From assembly GCA_951406725.2 (NCBI GenBank), contig OX597825.1, positions 58,838,001 through 58,902,000 on the forward strand: a stretch of DNA of 64,000 nucleotides, read 5' to 3'. The number at the start of each line of letters is the position of its first letter. Positions within the stretch are counted from its first letter, which is position 1. This DNA is from Octopus vulgaris. Taxonomy: Eukaryota. Position numbers and translations under genes: made by a program. The notes below the pieces were generated by a model. The model made no database searches. It was not told the DNA's origin and was given only the letters and a program-made list of their open reading frames with translations. This document shows, piece by piece, positions 29,201 to 42,804 of the stretch.

Positions 29201-30364
29201 CGATGAGAAATTGATATTGTGTATATTACATTAATCGGACTGCTATCCGCATTTTAATTGTTGATTTCACTACATTTCGGTTGTTATATGTTCCAGCCTT
29301 CCTCAGGTGTCATGTGTTGAACTTGGTTATTGTATCGTAGATCAATTAAAGGGTTAGCTTCGAAATTCCAATACAACTGAGTTCAATACAAGACACCTGA
29401 AGAAGGCTGGAGCATACAACAGCCAAAACATAGTGAAAAGCAACAATTAAGATGAGGACACCAGTTCTTGGCTAAGGTTTTGGCCTCACCGTTGATTAAA
29501 TATGTCCTAGGGTTTGTTTGTCTCTTTTATGTTTTAGTTATGTTATTGATCAGCAATTTATTAGGTGTGTGGTTATCTACCTCATAAAATTTTTTTGCTT
29601 TATCAGCTTTTATAATTGGTGAGTTCCTGGAAGGTTTAAGATATGCATGCAATTTACGTTGGAAGCTATTGGATATATGGCTGAATTTAGCATTTTAAAC
29701 TAATTTTATGAGGTCATCTTCAAATCTATCTAGATCTTTATTATATGATTAATTCGAAAGGCTTATAGCTTTTGGAAATATTTCCAATTGGTGGAAGATA
29801 GAAAAAGAATGGGTGGAAAGAAAAAGTGAGGGCTGGAGAGTAAAAAAAAAGGAGGTTGGATAGAAGGAGAGAGAGAAAAAGAGAGGACTGGAGTGACAGA
29901 AAGAGGTTGGGTTTGAATAGAAATAGCAAGGGAAAGGAAGTTAGAGAAAGAAAGTAAGAGAGATTGTTGGAGGGGAAGAGAGATGGTTACAGAGACAGAA
30001 AGAGAGGGCTTGAATTGAAAGGAAGAGAGGAGGTGTAAAGAAAGAAGGAGAGGTTGGAGAGAGAGAAAGAGGGACTTGGAGACTAGGAGAAGGGCGAATA
30101 GAAAAGAAGAGAGATAGAGTGTGTATATGTTAGCATCATATGCGAATGTATTTTCATGTAATGAATATATCTGCTTGTATTATGCTCAATTCTCAAATCT
30201 CGATCTAATATGACTCTTCAAGAATCTTTAGAATCCTTTAATAATGAATGCCATTTCTAAACTGTCTTTGTGTTTCATGCTAGAATAAATTCATAATAAA
30301 ATCAATTTTATAATTTTAGATGCATTTTATTATTGTTGTTGTTTCTTTTATTATTTACACATAC

Positions 30365-30410
<46 letters not shown>

Positions 30411-33400
30411 TTTTTTAATCTTGTTTTATTTTTTGGTTGTTGAGAAATATATCAAGGACAAGCTATAATTGAATATCAAATTCCTGGAGGATATTAATGC
30501 AATGAAGACGATTTGTAATTTCAGAATGAGGAAGTGTCAGCTGTTAATGTAAACGATTGACTAACACGCGAACACCCCACATACCCTACTACCGCTATCA
30601 CTAAATTGTTCATATTCAATTTTTTTAGCAATTTTTAATTTATCAAGATTTTGAGGTTATCTCCCTGAACTTTCCCGGATTGATCATGAAGCTAAATATT
30701 CATGGGCATGATTTTAATTAAGTTTTCTTGGTTCATTGCATTAAGTATGTTTGCACTGAACTTACAATTTGGTTTTCCATGCAGGGTATTTTACCTAGTC
30801 TAGGCCTTATTTTAACAAATAGCAGACACTTTTGTTGCATTAACATGTAGTTTATTGCTGTAAAAAGTAAAAGTAAATAACCCTAAAAAAATATAAAAGT
30901 AAATTATTATAGAACCCAGAAGGTGACAGTTTCATTATTTTTATGAATACTCATGAAGAGATAATATAAATAAATCATCACTAATCCCTCATTGTTGCCT
31001 GAGTTTCTTCTTGGTGAGCATCCATCACCCTCCTGCACACTGTGTATTGATACTGTCATTGTTTGGATCAACAAAATTGAGTAAATGGTTGACAACTTCA
31101 AGAGCATAGAAGTTGCTGAGACCCACATAGGAGGCCCACTCATCGAATATCAAACATGTTTTATAAAATTTTGATATATATTTGTAGATGTAGGAGTGGC
31201 TGTGTGGTAAGTAGCTTGCTTACGAACCACATGGTTCCAGGTTCAATCCCACTGCATGACACCTTGGGCAAGTGTCTTCTATAGCCTCGGGCTGACCAAA
31301 GCCTTGTGAGTGGATTTGGTAGACTGAAACTGAAGAAAGAACGTTGTATATATGTATATATATATATATATATGTATATGTATGTGCATGTATATGTTTG
31401 TGTGTCTGTATTTGTCCCCCCAACATCACTTGACAACCAATGCTGGTGTGTTTACGTCCCCGTAACTTAGCAGTTTGGCAAAAGAGACTGATAGAATAAG
31501 TACTAGGCTTACAAAGAATAAGTCCTAGGGTCGATTTGCTAGACTAAAGGCAGTGCTCCAGCATAGAAACAAGTAAAAGAGAATCACTGTCATCACTCCT
31601 GATTTCAATCGCAATATACTTTCATATCTTTAAGACAATTTACTTTCACATTTTCACAAACACTTTCACTGTTGTTGAACAAATATGAAACATTTTCTTC
31701 GGTATATTGTAGATGATTGGTCGCACCAAGGCCTGAGTAATTAGTTGTACCACCACAGACTTACAAGGCACTTCTTTAGCTTCCACCAGCCATTTTCTAT
31801 TAAATCAGGCACTGTTTGTAAAATCAGCTTTGTCTTGATCTTTCCTGCACCTTCTATCTCTCTCTCAAAAATCACAAAATCCCCATGAACGTTTGAATGT
31901 AGGTGGACAATCAATGGTTTCTTTAGCATCTTTCACACCACACTAGTTATTTTCAATCACCACCAGACTGGCCCTCATGCTGGTGGAACATAAAAGCACC
32001 CACTACACTTTTGGAGTGGTTGGCATTAGGAAGGGCATCCAGCTGTAGAAACTCTGCCAGATCAGATTGGAGCCTGGTGCAGCCATCTGGTTCACCAGTC
32101 CTCAATCAAATCGTCCAACCCATGCTAGCATGGACAGTGGACGTTAAATGATGATGATATTATATCATAAGGCAATACACTTGATCAAGATGTTCATAGT
32201 TATGTATTAAAAGAAGAAGGTGGAGTATTAGCTAGACTTTTAGTGGGTTGGTTAGCATGTCCTCAGGGCCTGGTATAATTACAATTTTCTGTTCAATGAG
32301 CTCTGTATAAACAGTGGAAAGAAATACAAGAAAACAAATTGCAATTAACTGTGAAACTTTATTCAAACGCTAAAGGAAATGTTACAGCAAACATTGGTAC
32401 ATCTTGAATGATATTGTCTGAGGAAAATTTGCATATTTGTTTCTCAGTCAGTAGGATCTCAGTAATGTGTGCTGGGTAGAACAGGAACAGAAATACATGA
32501 CATGGCGAGCTGGCAGAAACGTTAGCATGCCAGGCAAAATGCTTAGCAGTATTTTGTCTGCCCTTACGTTCTGAGTCCAAATTCCGCCGAGGTCAACTTC
32601 GCCTTTCATCCTTTCGGGGTCAATAAATTAAGTACTAGTTACGCACTGGAGTCGATGTAATCTACTTAATCTGTTTGTTTGTCCCCTCTATGTTTAGCCC
32701 CATGTGTGGAATAAAGAAATAAGAAATATATGACATGACTTCTTGAAGTCTCTCAAATCCACTCTGCTTATTGGGTGTAATGGACACATGTAACATGTCA
32801 AGACTATCTGCAAAATAACTCTCCTCTTTGCCGAGATCCAATCTCAGCCGTGTCTTCCTACCTCACTGAAGAAAAGTGAGAGCAAAACCTTCTTTTTAAG
32901 CATGTGGGTAGGCTCCAGCAAGCAAGCATAATTTTCTCATGCTAGGCCGGTCTGTCATGTGATGGGATTGGATATCCATGGAAAATCAAACAGACTCAAT
33001 CGATGTATACACCATCACGTGACCACTTGTAGAAAATATGCATATGAGCCAATTTCCCACTTTTTAAGCCTAGACAGCCAAATGATAAACATATTTCTGC
33101 TGCAAGTTCCAGTCAGTTGGTTCTAGCAATTCTGGGATACTACTATTGTTTTCTTTAGTGTCCTGTTTGAGACTGCTGAACTTGAAGACCGAGAAACCAA
33201 AGTCTTTGTAGACCCTAGCTACACCAAACCAAACCAAACACCTACAAATATTCTCATTACAGATGTCACATCTGTCTCCTCTTCATCTTTAATATCACAA
33301 CAATATCTGGGTGGAAATCTAAATCTTTCCTTTTCCCCATGGGCCTTCAACTGCCAATGGAGTTGTAGCATTTGATATGACAAAGACTTGGTGTCAATTT

Positions 33401-34962
33401 ATACACATAATTTATTGCTACATTATTACAAGGCTTCATGAAATACAGAGTCAATCTTATACAAGCATCATGTCTTACAGGTGTCAGAGTCCTTCAGCAG
33501 ATAATTGATAATTAGGCTGATCTTTCACATCACTGCAAATACATATGGCCACATTGATTCTTCATTCATCTTCAGGTTGGGTATAGAGCTGTGAAAACAG
33601 CCCTTAGGAGAATCATGCTGGTTTAAGTATGAAGCTGGAAAAACAGCTATAAGAGAGGAAATTCACTCGAGACTGATTCAATGATATCTGAATTCTCTCT
33701 GGCTTTCTTCTGTATTAAGGTCTTCATTGAAAGAAAATTCTAAAACAATAAGTTCTGATTGACTGAAATGGGGTTTACATGCATGATAAACTCACAATTT
33801 ACATATGATTAGAAATGGAGTTGAAATTAACTGCCATAGAGTTATGAAGGGTATGCAGCATACAGCTGAGGTATCTTGAGCATTTTAAACCTAGAGGACC
33901 TCATGTCTCTCTAGATTTTAACACACTTGATTTCTTTTATATATGTATGTATGTATACTCTTTTACTCTTTTACTTGTTTCAGTCATTTGACTGCGGCCA
34001 TGCTGGAGCACCGCCTTTAATCGAGCAACTCGACCCCAGGATTTATTTTTTTGTAAGCCCAGTACTTATTCTATCAGTCTCTTTTGCCGAACCGGTATGT
34101 ATGTGTGCCTGTGTTTGCCCCCCCCCCCCAACATTGCTTGACATATGATGCTGGCGTGTTTACCTTCCCGTAACCTAGTGGTTCAGCAAAAGAGACTGAT
34201 AGAATAATTACTAGGCTTACAAAGAATAAGCCCTGGAGGTCGATGTATTCAACTAAAGGCGGTGCTTCAGCATGGCCACAGTCAAATGACTGAAACAAGT
34301 AAAAGAGTAAAAGAATATATGTAAATATACATGCCTGTATGCACGTGCACACGCATTTATATACTTTCACCACTCTTATACTATCTGTATATTTTAGCCC
34401 TCCTCTCCACCTGACACATATCTACAATAAGAATTAGTATCTGTTTAGCTCATTATTAGCCCTCCCACAATATTTTTCATTTTCACTCTGGCCACTGACC
34501 TTCTTGCATCAGTTTTCCATTGATTATCCCCACTCCCTACCATCTCTTTCTTTTAATGTGCGTATGTATGCATACACACACACAGATAGCTAGACATACA
34601 TACATACATACATAAATAAATAATCAAAGTTTGAAGAAACTTTAAACATTACATTTTTCTCTCTTGGGAAGAAGAGTTTCGCATTAAAACATTAGGATTC
34701 TTGTCTCCTTTCCCTCCACCACCACCACCACGCCCACCAGCATAAACACTCACCCAGATATCAACATTAGTAGAAATAGCTGTTTTTGCCAATGCAGACC
34801 ACTACTACTTTCCATAGCTAGTTCACTTGGCTACCATCTAGTAAAAGATACAGACAGTCTGAGAGATATATTACCAAATACAGTTTCTTCCTTTGTTGGT
34901 TTCAATGAAAGGGATTCAGTTGTTCAAAGAACTGAATTACCTCCTCCTGAGCATTTCACTCA

Positions 34963-35353
34963 CTTTATTTCTAGGGACCCCAAACAGTTTGAAGAGACCC
35001 TAAAACTTAAAATGGCTTCAGTAAATTTGTTGGCTTTTTAAATTTAAAAGGGCCCAATAAATCAAAAATAGGCTTTATAAATGGTCAGATTTATGTTTGG
35101 GACAATATAAGTCATGGCCCAGCGGTCCCTTTAACTCAGAGGAGCAGAAAGCTTGGAGTTAAAAATTAAAACACACGTTTACAGAAATCAAATAGGCGTG
35201 GCTGTGTGGTAAGAAGCTTCTTCCCAACAACATGGTTTCAGGTTCAGTCCCACTCTGTAGCATCACAGGCAAATGTCTTCTACTATTAATAGCTTTGTGA
35301 GGACCCACACCTGAGTGGATTTGGTAGACAGAAACTGAAAAAAGCCCATCGTT

Positions 35354-35399
<46 letters not shown>

Positions 35400-35760
35400 T
35401 GTGTGTGTGTGTCTTTGCATCTGTGTTTGTCCTCCACCACTGCTTGACAACTGGTGCTGGTGTATTTACATCTATGTAACTTAGTGATTTAGCAAAAGAG
35501 ATCAACAAAATATGTACCAGGTTTTACAAAAGAATAAGTACTAGGATTGATTCATTTGACTCAAAATTCTTCAAGGCAGTGCTCCAGCATGACCGCAATC
35601 TGACTCAAGCCCCCCCCCAAAAATATGGATTTCTTTTAAAATTATAGAGCCTGTTTTTGATTTATTAGGCCCTTTTAGATTTAAAAAGCCAACAAATTTA
35701 CAGAAGCCCTTTTAAGTTTCAGGGTCTCTTCAAACTGTTTGGTGTCCCTAGAATTAAAGG
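34963..35760. repeat. Inverted arms of about 125 bp (about 34963-35080 and 35640-35760) enclosing a SINE; foldback/MITE
   Basis: CTAGGGACCCCAAACAGTTTGAAGAGACCC vs GGGTCTCTTCAAACTGTTTGGTGTCCCTAG. Confidence 0.85.
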
Positions 35761-37149
35761 GATTCTCATTATGTTTTGAATTAGCAAAATCTTTAAATTT
35801 TTTCCTAACTCATTGGTCCAGGCGCCCCACTTGATATAAATCCAGCCCAGTATGTACCCATAACATAATGAACATGACGCTTTGGTGAGGCAATCTGTTT
35901 GAATTATCAGTAGAATCTACTCAGTGGTCTTCTATAGTTTCCACATAGCCAGTTTCACATACAAATATATGGGTCTTACAAAAACATTTGCCAAGACATT
36001 GTAGTTGTGACCTGAATGCCAAAAATGAAAGGTCAGCTTACACATCACGATGATTCTGAAGGACCAAAATTTCTATGTGAAATGCACCAGGATTTGGAAA
36101 GGTAGTGATAATATTTGTATGTTTACAGTATACATTATGTTGACTAGTATGTTAGAAAATTCAATAATTGTAAGTACCTAGTTCTAGCTAATTGTTTTAC
36201 ATGCCTGTGCAGTCACATGCAATCATAGATGTCCTCTCACTCTTGACTCAGCAGAGTATTAAGACTGGAACTCGTTTTCTGATGAGCATACTCAAGAGCA
36301 ATGTGAAAATGTAGTACCTTACTCATGAGATGTCGTGCTGCTTTGTTCAGAAGTTGAACCCAAGACTTTATGATTGAGAGGTCAACACTATAACCACTAG
36401 GATACGTGCCTTCATATGTATGTGTGTAATCACAGTATGACTGAATAGTCAAGTTCATTTCACAATCATGAAGCTCCGGTTTCAATTCAACAGCATGGCA
36501 TCTTGGGCAATTGTTTTCTATAGCTTCAGATTAATCCATACTTTGTGGGTGAAACTGAGTAGTTGGAAACTGTATAGAAGTCCATTGGGTGGAATGTTAC
36601 TGTAATCTAAAGGTCCAGGCTTGTCCCGGTGACTGTCTGAGAATTGGTGTCTAAAGGTCAAAAGATGGTTGTTGTATCTAGACTTAAATTTTCCTTCCTT
36701 TATTTGCTTATAACAGCCCAGCAAAAGTGACAATGTCAATCCAAGACACTCATTCTCTTCTGCTCCCAGCAGACATGGTTAACAAGACAGGTGGGTCTTG
36801 TGACAGTGAGGACACTGAAAGTGACTCTGAACAACAGCCACAAGAAGTTGATGATGATGTCTCCTCCTCTGTTCATGCAGTTTCCTGCATTTGGTTCCAA
36901 AGTGCTCTACTCCGGCATCACACAAAGTCTTCCATGCTTTCTGATGAACAGCCAGAGAATCTGACCGATTGGGAAGGACATTGCATAAAATGAGAGACCA
37001 CTTGAGATGATTATGGAAATGAAGCTTTGGCCGTCTGTGAGACCTACGTCCAGACTTGATAACTGAATTTTCCTTTTACCTTTATGCATCTGGTATAATG
37101 CTTGGTCTCTGATTGGCCATTGCTATAGTTTAGTAATACTCTAACAAGA

Positions 37150-37615
37150 GACATGTAGCAACCCTCTCTGGAAACTTAAAATAGAGAACATCAACTATAA
37201 CATCAAATGGGAGATCCTTTCTAAGACCAAACCTCGTATTTACAAATCAAAATGGTGTTCTGTATGCTCGTTTGAAAAACTTAAGAATCTACAATGACTG
37301 CGTAAATACCTGAGCGAGATATTTTCTTCATGTTTGCATTTTACAGAACACATCTTAGTGAAAATTAAGAATAAACCACTGGACACATCATAAACCATTC
37401 CAATGTTGGTTTATGTAATCTTGATATTTGTAAGACATTGGTTATATTTACTGTGAAGTTTATTATCTCCCTTGCATTTCTCTGTTTTTCTAAACATGCA
37501 TGCTTATTCAAACATCAGTTGCAATGAATGCAGTTACTAAATTGTCTTGCTTTTAACAGCTTGATAAACGGCAAAATAAATTAATATTCCAGCCTGGAAA
37601 CCCTGGGTAGTTGCA
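37150..37615 (+). mobile_element. Penelope GIY-YIG endonuclease C-terminal relic plus 3' region with degenerate hammerhead
   Basis: WKLKIENINYNIKWEILSKTKPRIYKSKWCSVCSFEK; TTGATAA...GAAACCCTGGGTA at 37557-37613. Confidence 0.7.
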
Positions 37616-38445
37616 TTTCACAAAGTTTTTGTGGTTTTTATTTTAACATCTTTATTCTTTTATAACTGATTGAATGGTATACTACTTTTTGAAAAATCAC
37701 ACCACACAGTGGTGTGGTGGTGTGTGTGTGTGTGTGTGTGAGAGAGCTTCAAGCTCTGATGAAATTCTAAGGTATTACTCAGGCATTCGACTATGAGTCC
37801 ACCACATCTTACAGTGTGTGTGTGTGACTGTGTGCTTAAGAAGTTTGCTTGCAAGCCACATAGTTTCATGCTCATAGTACCATGGGCAAGTGTCTTCTAC
37901 TTATATTGTTGGACCAAGTAAAGATTTGTGAGTGGATTTGGTAGACAGAAACTGAAAGAAACCATTGTGCACACATGTGCGTGTGTTTATGTCTCCCTGT
38001 TTTGACATTGCATAACTGAATGTCATTTATTTTCAATATTTTGTTAAAACATGTCTGGCATTGGGAAAATAATACTTTACTTGAAAATAGGTGAGGTTCG
38101 GCAACAGTAGGAAATCTGCCTCAATAACACTGTCTGACCCATGCAAGCATGGAAAAGTGGGCATTAAAAGTGTATGTGCATGCATGCTTTGTATTTGTGT
38201 GACTACATGTGTGTATGCACATGAATTCTGCTAAAACGTTTGGCTGTTACTTGATTGCTTGATCTAAGATATAGCCAATGTTGTTCTATAATGAAAATGT
38301 GCTTTAATCCAAGATGGTACCAGGATCTCAATATTTCATTGTCACAGCAAGGGACAGTTGATTAAATACAATTATACTCTATACTATGTAGTCTGTAATT
38401 TATCTTCTGTTCAATATAAACACGCACATACACACAAGTATATAT

Positions 38446-38536
38446 TTCAAGCTCTGATGAAACCGTAAGGTGTTACTCAGGCACTCAACTAGGAGTCCAC
38501 CATGTTTTACAGTGGAAACAGCTGTAAGCTAATGAA
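38446..38536 (+). ncRNA. Type I minimal hammerhead ribozyme motif
   Basis: TTCAAGCT-CTGATGA-AACCGTAAGG...TTTTACAGTG-GAAAC-AGCT-GTA-AGCTAATGAA; a truncated sister copy lies at about 37748-37815. Confidence 0.7.
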
Positions 38537-38579
38537 GTTCATAAGATAATCATTTATTCCTTTGTCATCATCTTTTCTT

Positions 38580-38612
<33 letters not shown>

Positions 38613-39391
38613 ATGGAGGTGCAATGACCCAGTGGTTAGGGCAGCGGACTTGCGGTTTCGATTCCCAGACCGGGTGTTCTGAGTGTTTATTGAGCGAAAA
38701 CACCCAAAGCTCCACGAGGCTCTGGCAACGGGTGGTGGTGATCCCTGCTGTAGTCTTTCGCCACAACTTTCTCTCACTCTTTCTTCTGTTGGCCTGCTCG
38801 CTTAGCCAGCGGGGTGGCATCATCATTTGAAGGCTAAAACAATGCAAAGCGCATTGTGACCAGCGATGTGTAGCAACATCTGATAGCCTGGTTGGTCACG
38901 GTGATATATATACATATATATATATGTGTGTGTATATAGGTAAGTACATAACTACGGTATTAAAAAGTTCATTTCCCAGTCATGTTGTTTAAAGTTCAGC
39001 CCAACTGCATAGCATCTTGGGCAACCATTTTCTACTGTAGTCCCAGACCAACCAAATCCTTGTGAATGAATTTAGTAAATGGAAACTGAAAGAAGGTTGC
39101 TCTGTCTCCATCTGTCCTTGACTTAATATCAAGCAATAGTTGTAAATGAGCATCACTGTTATACATGCAGTGTCATTCATTTCCGGATTTGTCCAGCCAT
39201 GGAAAAATATTACCTTGCTTGGAAACGGGTGAAAGTTGGCAACAGGAAGGGTATCTGGTTGAAGAAAATCTGCCTCAATGAATTCTCTTTGATTTTGACT
39301 CATGCAAACATGGAAAAGTGGATATTGAAACAATGGTAATAAAAGAGAATAAAAAAAAAATAAACAGAGTGGCTTTGTTAGTAAACAGGTC

Positions 39392-39397
39392 TTTAAT
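39392..39397 (-). promoter_or_regulatory. Candidate MRG15 polyadenylation signal ATTAAA
   Basis: About 310 nt past the stop, followed by a U-rich tract on the minus strand. Confidence 0.35.
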
Positions 39398-39708
39398 TAG
39401 TTACAATATCAAAGAATGGTCAGAAGAGTGATGGAAAGAACTCTGGAAGATGAAAATGATTATTTACAAATGCTTGCAGAATCTGACTTTTTTTATGGAA
39501 CACCTTTACAACAACAACAAAAAAAAAAACACTTTTTGGTAACTGTTTTGCTCTCTTGGCAATATCTGTCTGTCTCTTTCCTTCACACACACACACACAC
39601 CTACACTCGTTATTCCTTGCTTCCTCATTTGTAAAGACACTTTCTTTCTCTTTCTCACACACATACACACACAGAGTCTGTGTGGTAGAGAACAGTGGAA
39701 TTCCTGGT

Positions 39709-39793
39709 TTATATAGCTTTCCTGTGATATTCAGGTGATGCCACGATGTAATCAGAGAGACTGAATAATGATGAGGTGTTCTTTTGGAGAAAT
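39709..39793 (-). CDS. MORF4L1: MRG15 terminal coding exon (FLQKNTSSLFSLSDYIVASPEYHRKAI*)
   Basis: cag acceptor, PEYHRKA C-terminus, TAA at 39711-39709. Confidence 0.97.
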
Positions 39794-41382
39794 CTGAAAG
39801 AAACAAACAAAATAGAATTCCATGAAGACAGACTTGAAGACAGAGGCAGTGAGGAAAAAGATAAAAAAGAAAACACAGAGGCAGTGGAATGAGGGGAAAG
39901 ACAGGTAGACATAGGGAAATGGTCTGATAAAGTCAAACGAAGAAATAAATAGATACCAAATTGGACAGACAGTAGGTAACAAAATATCAACAAACTGATA
40001 ATTAGATAGACAAAGACACAGGTAGAAAGAGTGATTTGGGTAGTTAGACAGATGAAAGATGAGAGAGAGAGAGGTGGGGTTCAGGATAAGGGATGGATAG
40101 ATGGAAACAGTAAGAGATAGCTGGAGTGAAGGACTAATAGAGAGGCAGGTAAGGAGACAGATAGACATACAAATAAACAGATAGATGAAAAGGAAGACAG
40201 AGAGAGAGGTATGTAAGAAAACAGATATATTGACATAAAAGAAGGTTAAAGGGCAGATAGATAAATAGGTGGGTAAGATGATGGGCAGGTAGACACATAA
40301 GTGAAAGGAGAGAGATAAGTGAGAGGGAAAAGTGACAGATAAACAGGTAGGTAAGAGGGAAGAGAGACATAGACAGGTAGGCGAGAGAGCATATAAATAG
40401 ATGTACAGGTGAGAATGAAGACAGACAGATCAATAGCCAGGTAGGTGAGAAGTTAGAGAATTAGATACTCCGACAGGTAAGGTGAGAAGACAGATTGGAA
40501 GGTAAGCAAAAAGATAAATTTAAAATATCATAATATGGACAAATAATGGAATTAAAGACAATTTTAACCCCCACCACCAAAATACATAAAGAAACAAAAA
40601 ATATAACAGTACCACATAAAGAAAGAAAAAAAAATAACACCACCACCACCACCATTATTATTACTATCGAGTGCAGTGTTCAGTACATGATGTAATGCCA
40701 GTTTGACCTTTACAGAAAATCAAAGTAAGATGAAATAGAAGTAGACATCAAAAGAACTCTGACCCTTTCCACTCTCCTCACCCCTCTCTCTTTGTGTCCC
40801 AAGCTGCCACAGCAGCCATGTATCACTGTGAGAGTGTATGAAACTTCCTTCTTGCCACCCCCTCTCTCCACCACCACAACTACCTCAGCTTCCAACTGAC
40901 AATGAAGTCCAATGAAATCTCTTCAAAGATTCCTCACCACCATCACACAGTATCTGACTCATACTATCAGTACTTAGTATTGTAGAGGTTACATGGATAT
41001 TAAGAAGATAGAGGGAATCCAGAGAGATTAGGGTGGGTCATTTCGATATATCCTCCACCTCTTAGCACTGGGTCGCTCATTGTTCATTAGCCATAGGTGT
41101 ACGTGTGATTGTTGCTGTTGTTGTTTAGCCCCAGGTCAGGTTTGATCAAGCTGACCTATGATCAAAAGTGCTGCAGTGAATGGGTGAAGAGAGCAAGAAT
41201 ATGAGAGAGCAGTGACAGCACTCGGTAACAAGCCGGGCAGTTACAGCTCTTCCTGACTGAGTATGAGTGTTTACGAGACAGTGAATATGAGTGTGTGAGA
41301 GTACCTGTGTGAGTGAGTGAGTGAGTAAGAGTGCTTGTATTTGTGAGAGAATGTACTACTGTGTTGTGTTTGCAAATATGTA

Positions 41383-41892
41383 CCGTAAATCCTCGAGTAT
41401 AATCCGCCCATGAATATATTACGCAGGGGATTTTTAGGGGGCTGTACCTCTGAAAAACCTAAACCTTGTGTATAATACACACCCCTTCTCTAACTTGAGT
41501 CAAGGAGGTCTATATAACGTCCTTGGTTTGTAAAACTGTATACGGTAACGTCCTTTATTATTATTGTATATATAACATAATGCAAATGTGTAGCTTTTTT
41601 GTGCATTTTGTTTGCAGAAAATAGAGAAATAACAGTAATAATGTTTAATAAATGTTGCTTACTGCAAGTTATGGATGATTCTTTTATGACTTCATTGCTT
41701 TCAGGCTTAGCTTAAGGTATTTTCGCGCCCTACATCACAAAATGTCTGAGTAAACATTGCCGGACAGCAAATAGAGACTCATACATTGCTTAAAAAATGA
41801 TTTTCATTTTTAAACTCGTATATAGTATGCACTAGGGATTTTGACCATTAAATTTTGGGGAAAAAATGCGGATTATACTCGAGGATTTATGG
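41383..41892 (+). mobile_element. Non-autonomous Tc1/pogo-type DNA transposon, copy 1
   Basis: TIRs CCGTAAATCCTCGAGTATAATCC / GGATTATACTCGAGGATTTATGG with TA TSD. Confidence 0.85.
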
Positions 41893-42572
41893 TATATATG
41901 GGGGTTTCTAAGTGAATGTGTGTGTGAGAGACAGAGAGTGGATGAGAGCGCTTGTGTATATTTGCAAATGTGTATACATGTGAGATTCTAAGTGAATGTG
42001 TGAGTGTGGGGGATATACAGTTTTTGAGTGTGTGTGTGTGCATGCATGCATTTATGTGTCTTTCCGAATGTGCGAGAAAGTGTGTGTAGATGCTTGTGTG
42101 TGTATACACATGGATCAGCATGTTGCTGTTGAGATTGAGGAGTAACTGATATTTAATGCTAAGCTTGCTTCCCAATAATCGTATAATCTTGGGGGTTCAG
42201 TCCCACTGTGTGGCACTTAGGGCAAGTGACTTCTGCAACAGATAGCCCTGTAGGAACCAAAGCCTTATGAGTGGATCTGGAAGACAGAAACTGAAAAAAA
42301 GCCCATAGTGCATGTGTGCGCATGCATGTCTTTGTGTTATGTTTGTCTCCCACCACTGTTTGGCAACTAGTGTCGATTGGTTTATGTCTCTGTAACTTGG
42401 TGGTTTAAATTAATAAAAATTGACCAATCAAATAAATACCAGACTTAGAAAAACAAGTGCTCGGGTCAATTTGTTCAACTAAACACTTCAAGGTGGTGTC
42501 CCAGCATGGTCGTGGTCCAGTGACTGAAACAAGTAATAAAAGATAAAAAGTAAACACAAGAGGAATACTCAC

Positions 42573-42657
42573 TGTAGGAAGTCATGAATGTGCAGCATTA
42601 ATAACTGGATACTCTTCTCATCCAGAGATGTGTAGGTCAACATTCCTCCGATTTTCA
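42573..42657 (-). CDS. MORF4L1: MRG15 exon (VKIGGMLTYTSLDEKSIQLLMLHIHDFLQ)
   Basis: cag/gtgagt, 85 nt, LDEKS...HDFL motif. Confidence 0.95.
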
Positions 42658-42804
42658 CTGAAAAACACAACACACCCTTACATCAAGATTACATATGAGA
42701 TTATATTTCATCTTCCTTGGCTCCAAAATAAATTGAGATGCTAACTGCACTTCAGAAATAAGGCGGCAGATAGTGCTAGACAGAGAGGAAATGGTCAGCA
42801 TGAG

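Noticed and set aside
39840-40520. Purine-rich tract giving long Leu/Ser ORFs on the minus strand (also 29790-30120)
   Set aside because: Degenerate (GA/GATA/GACA) low-complexity sequence
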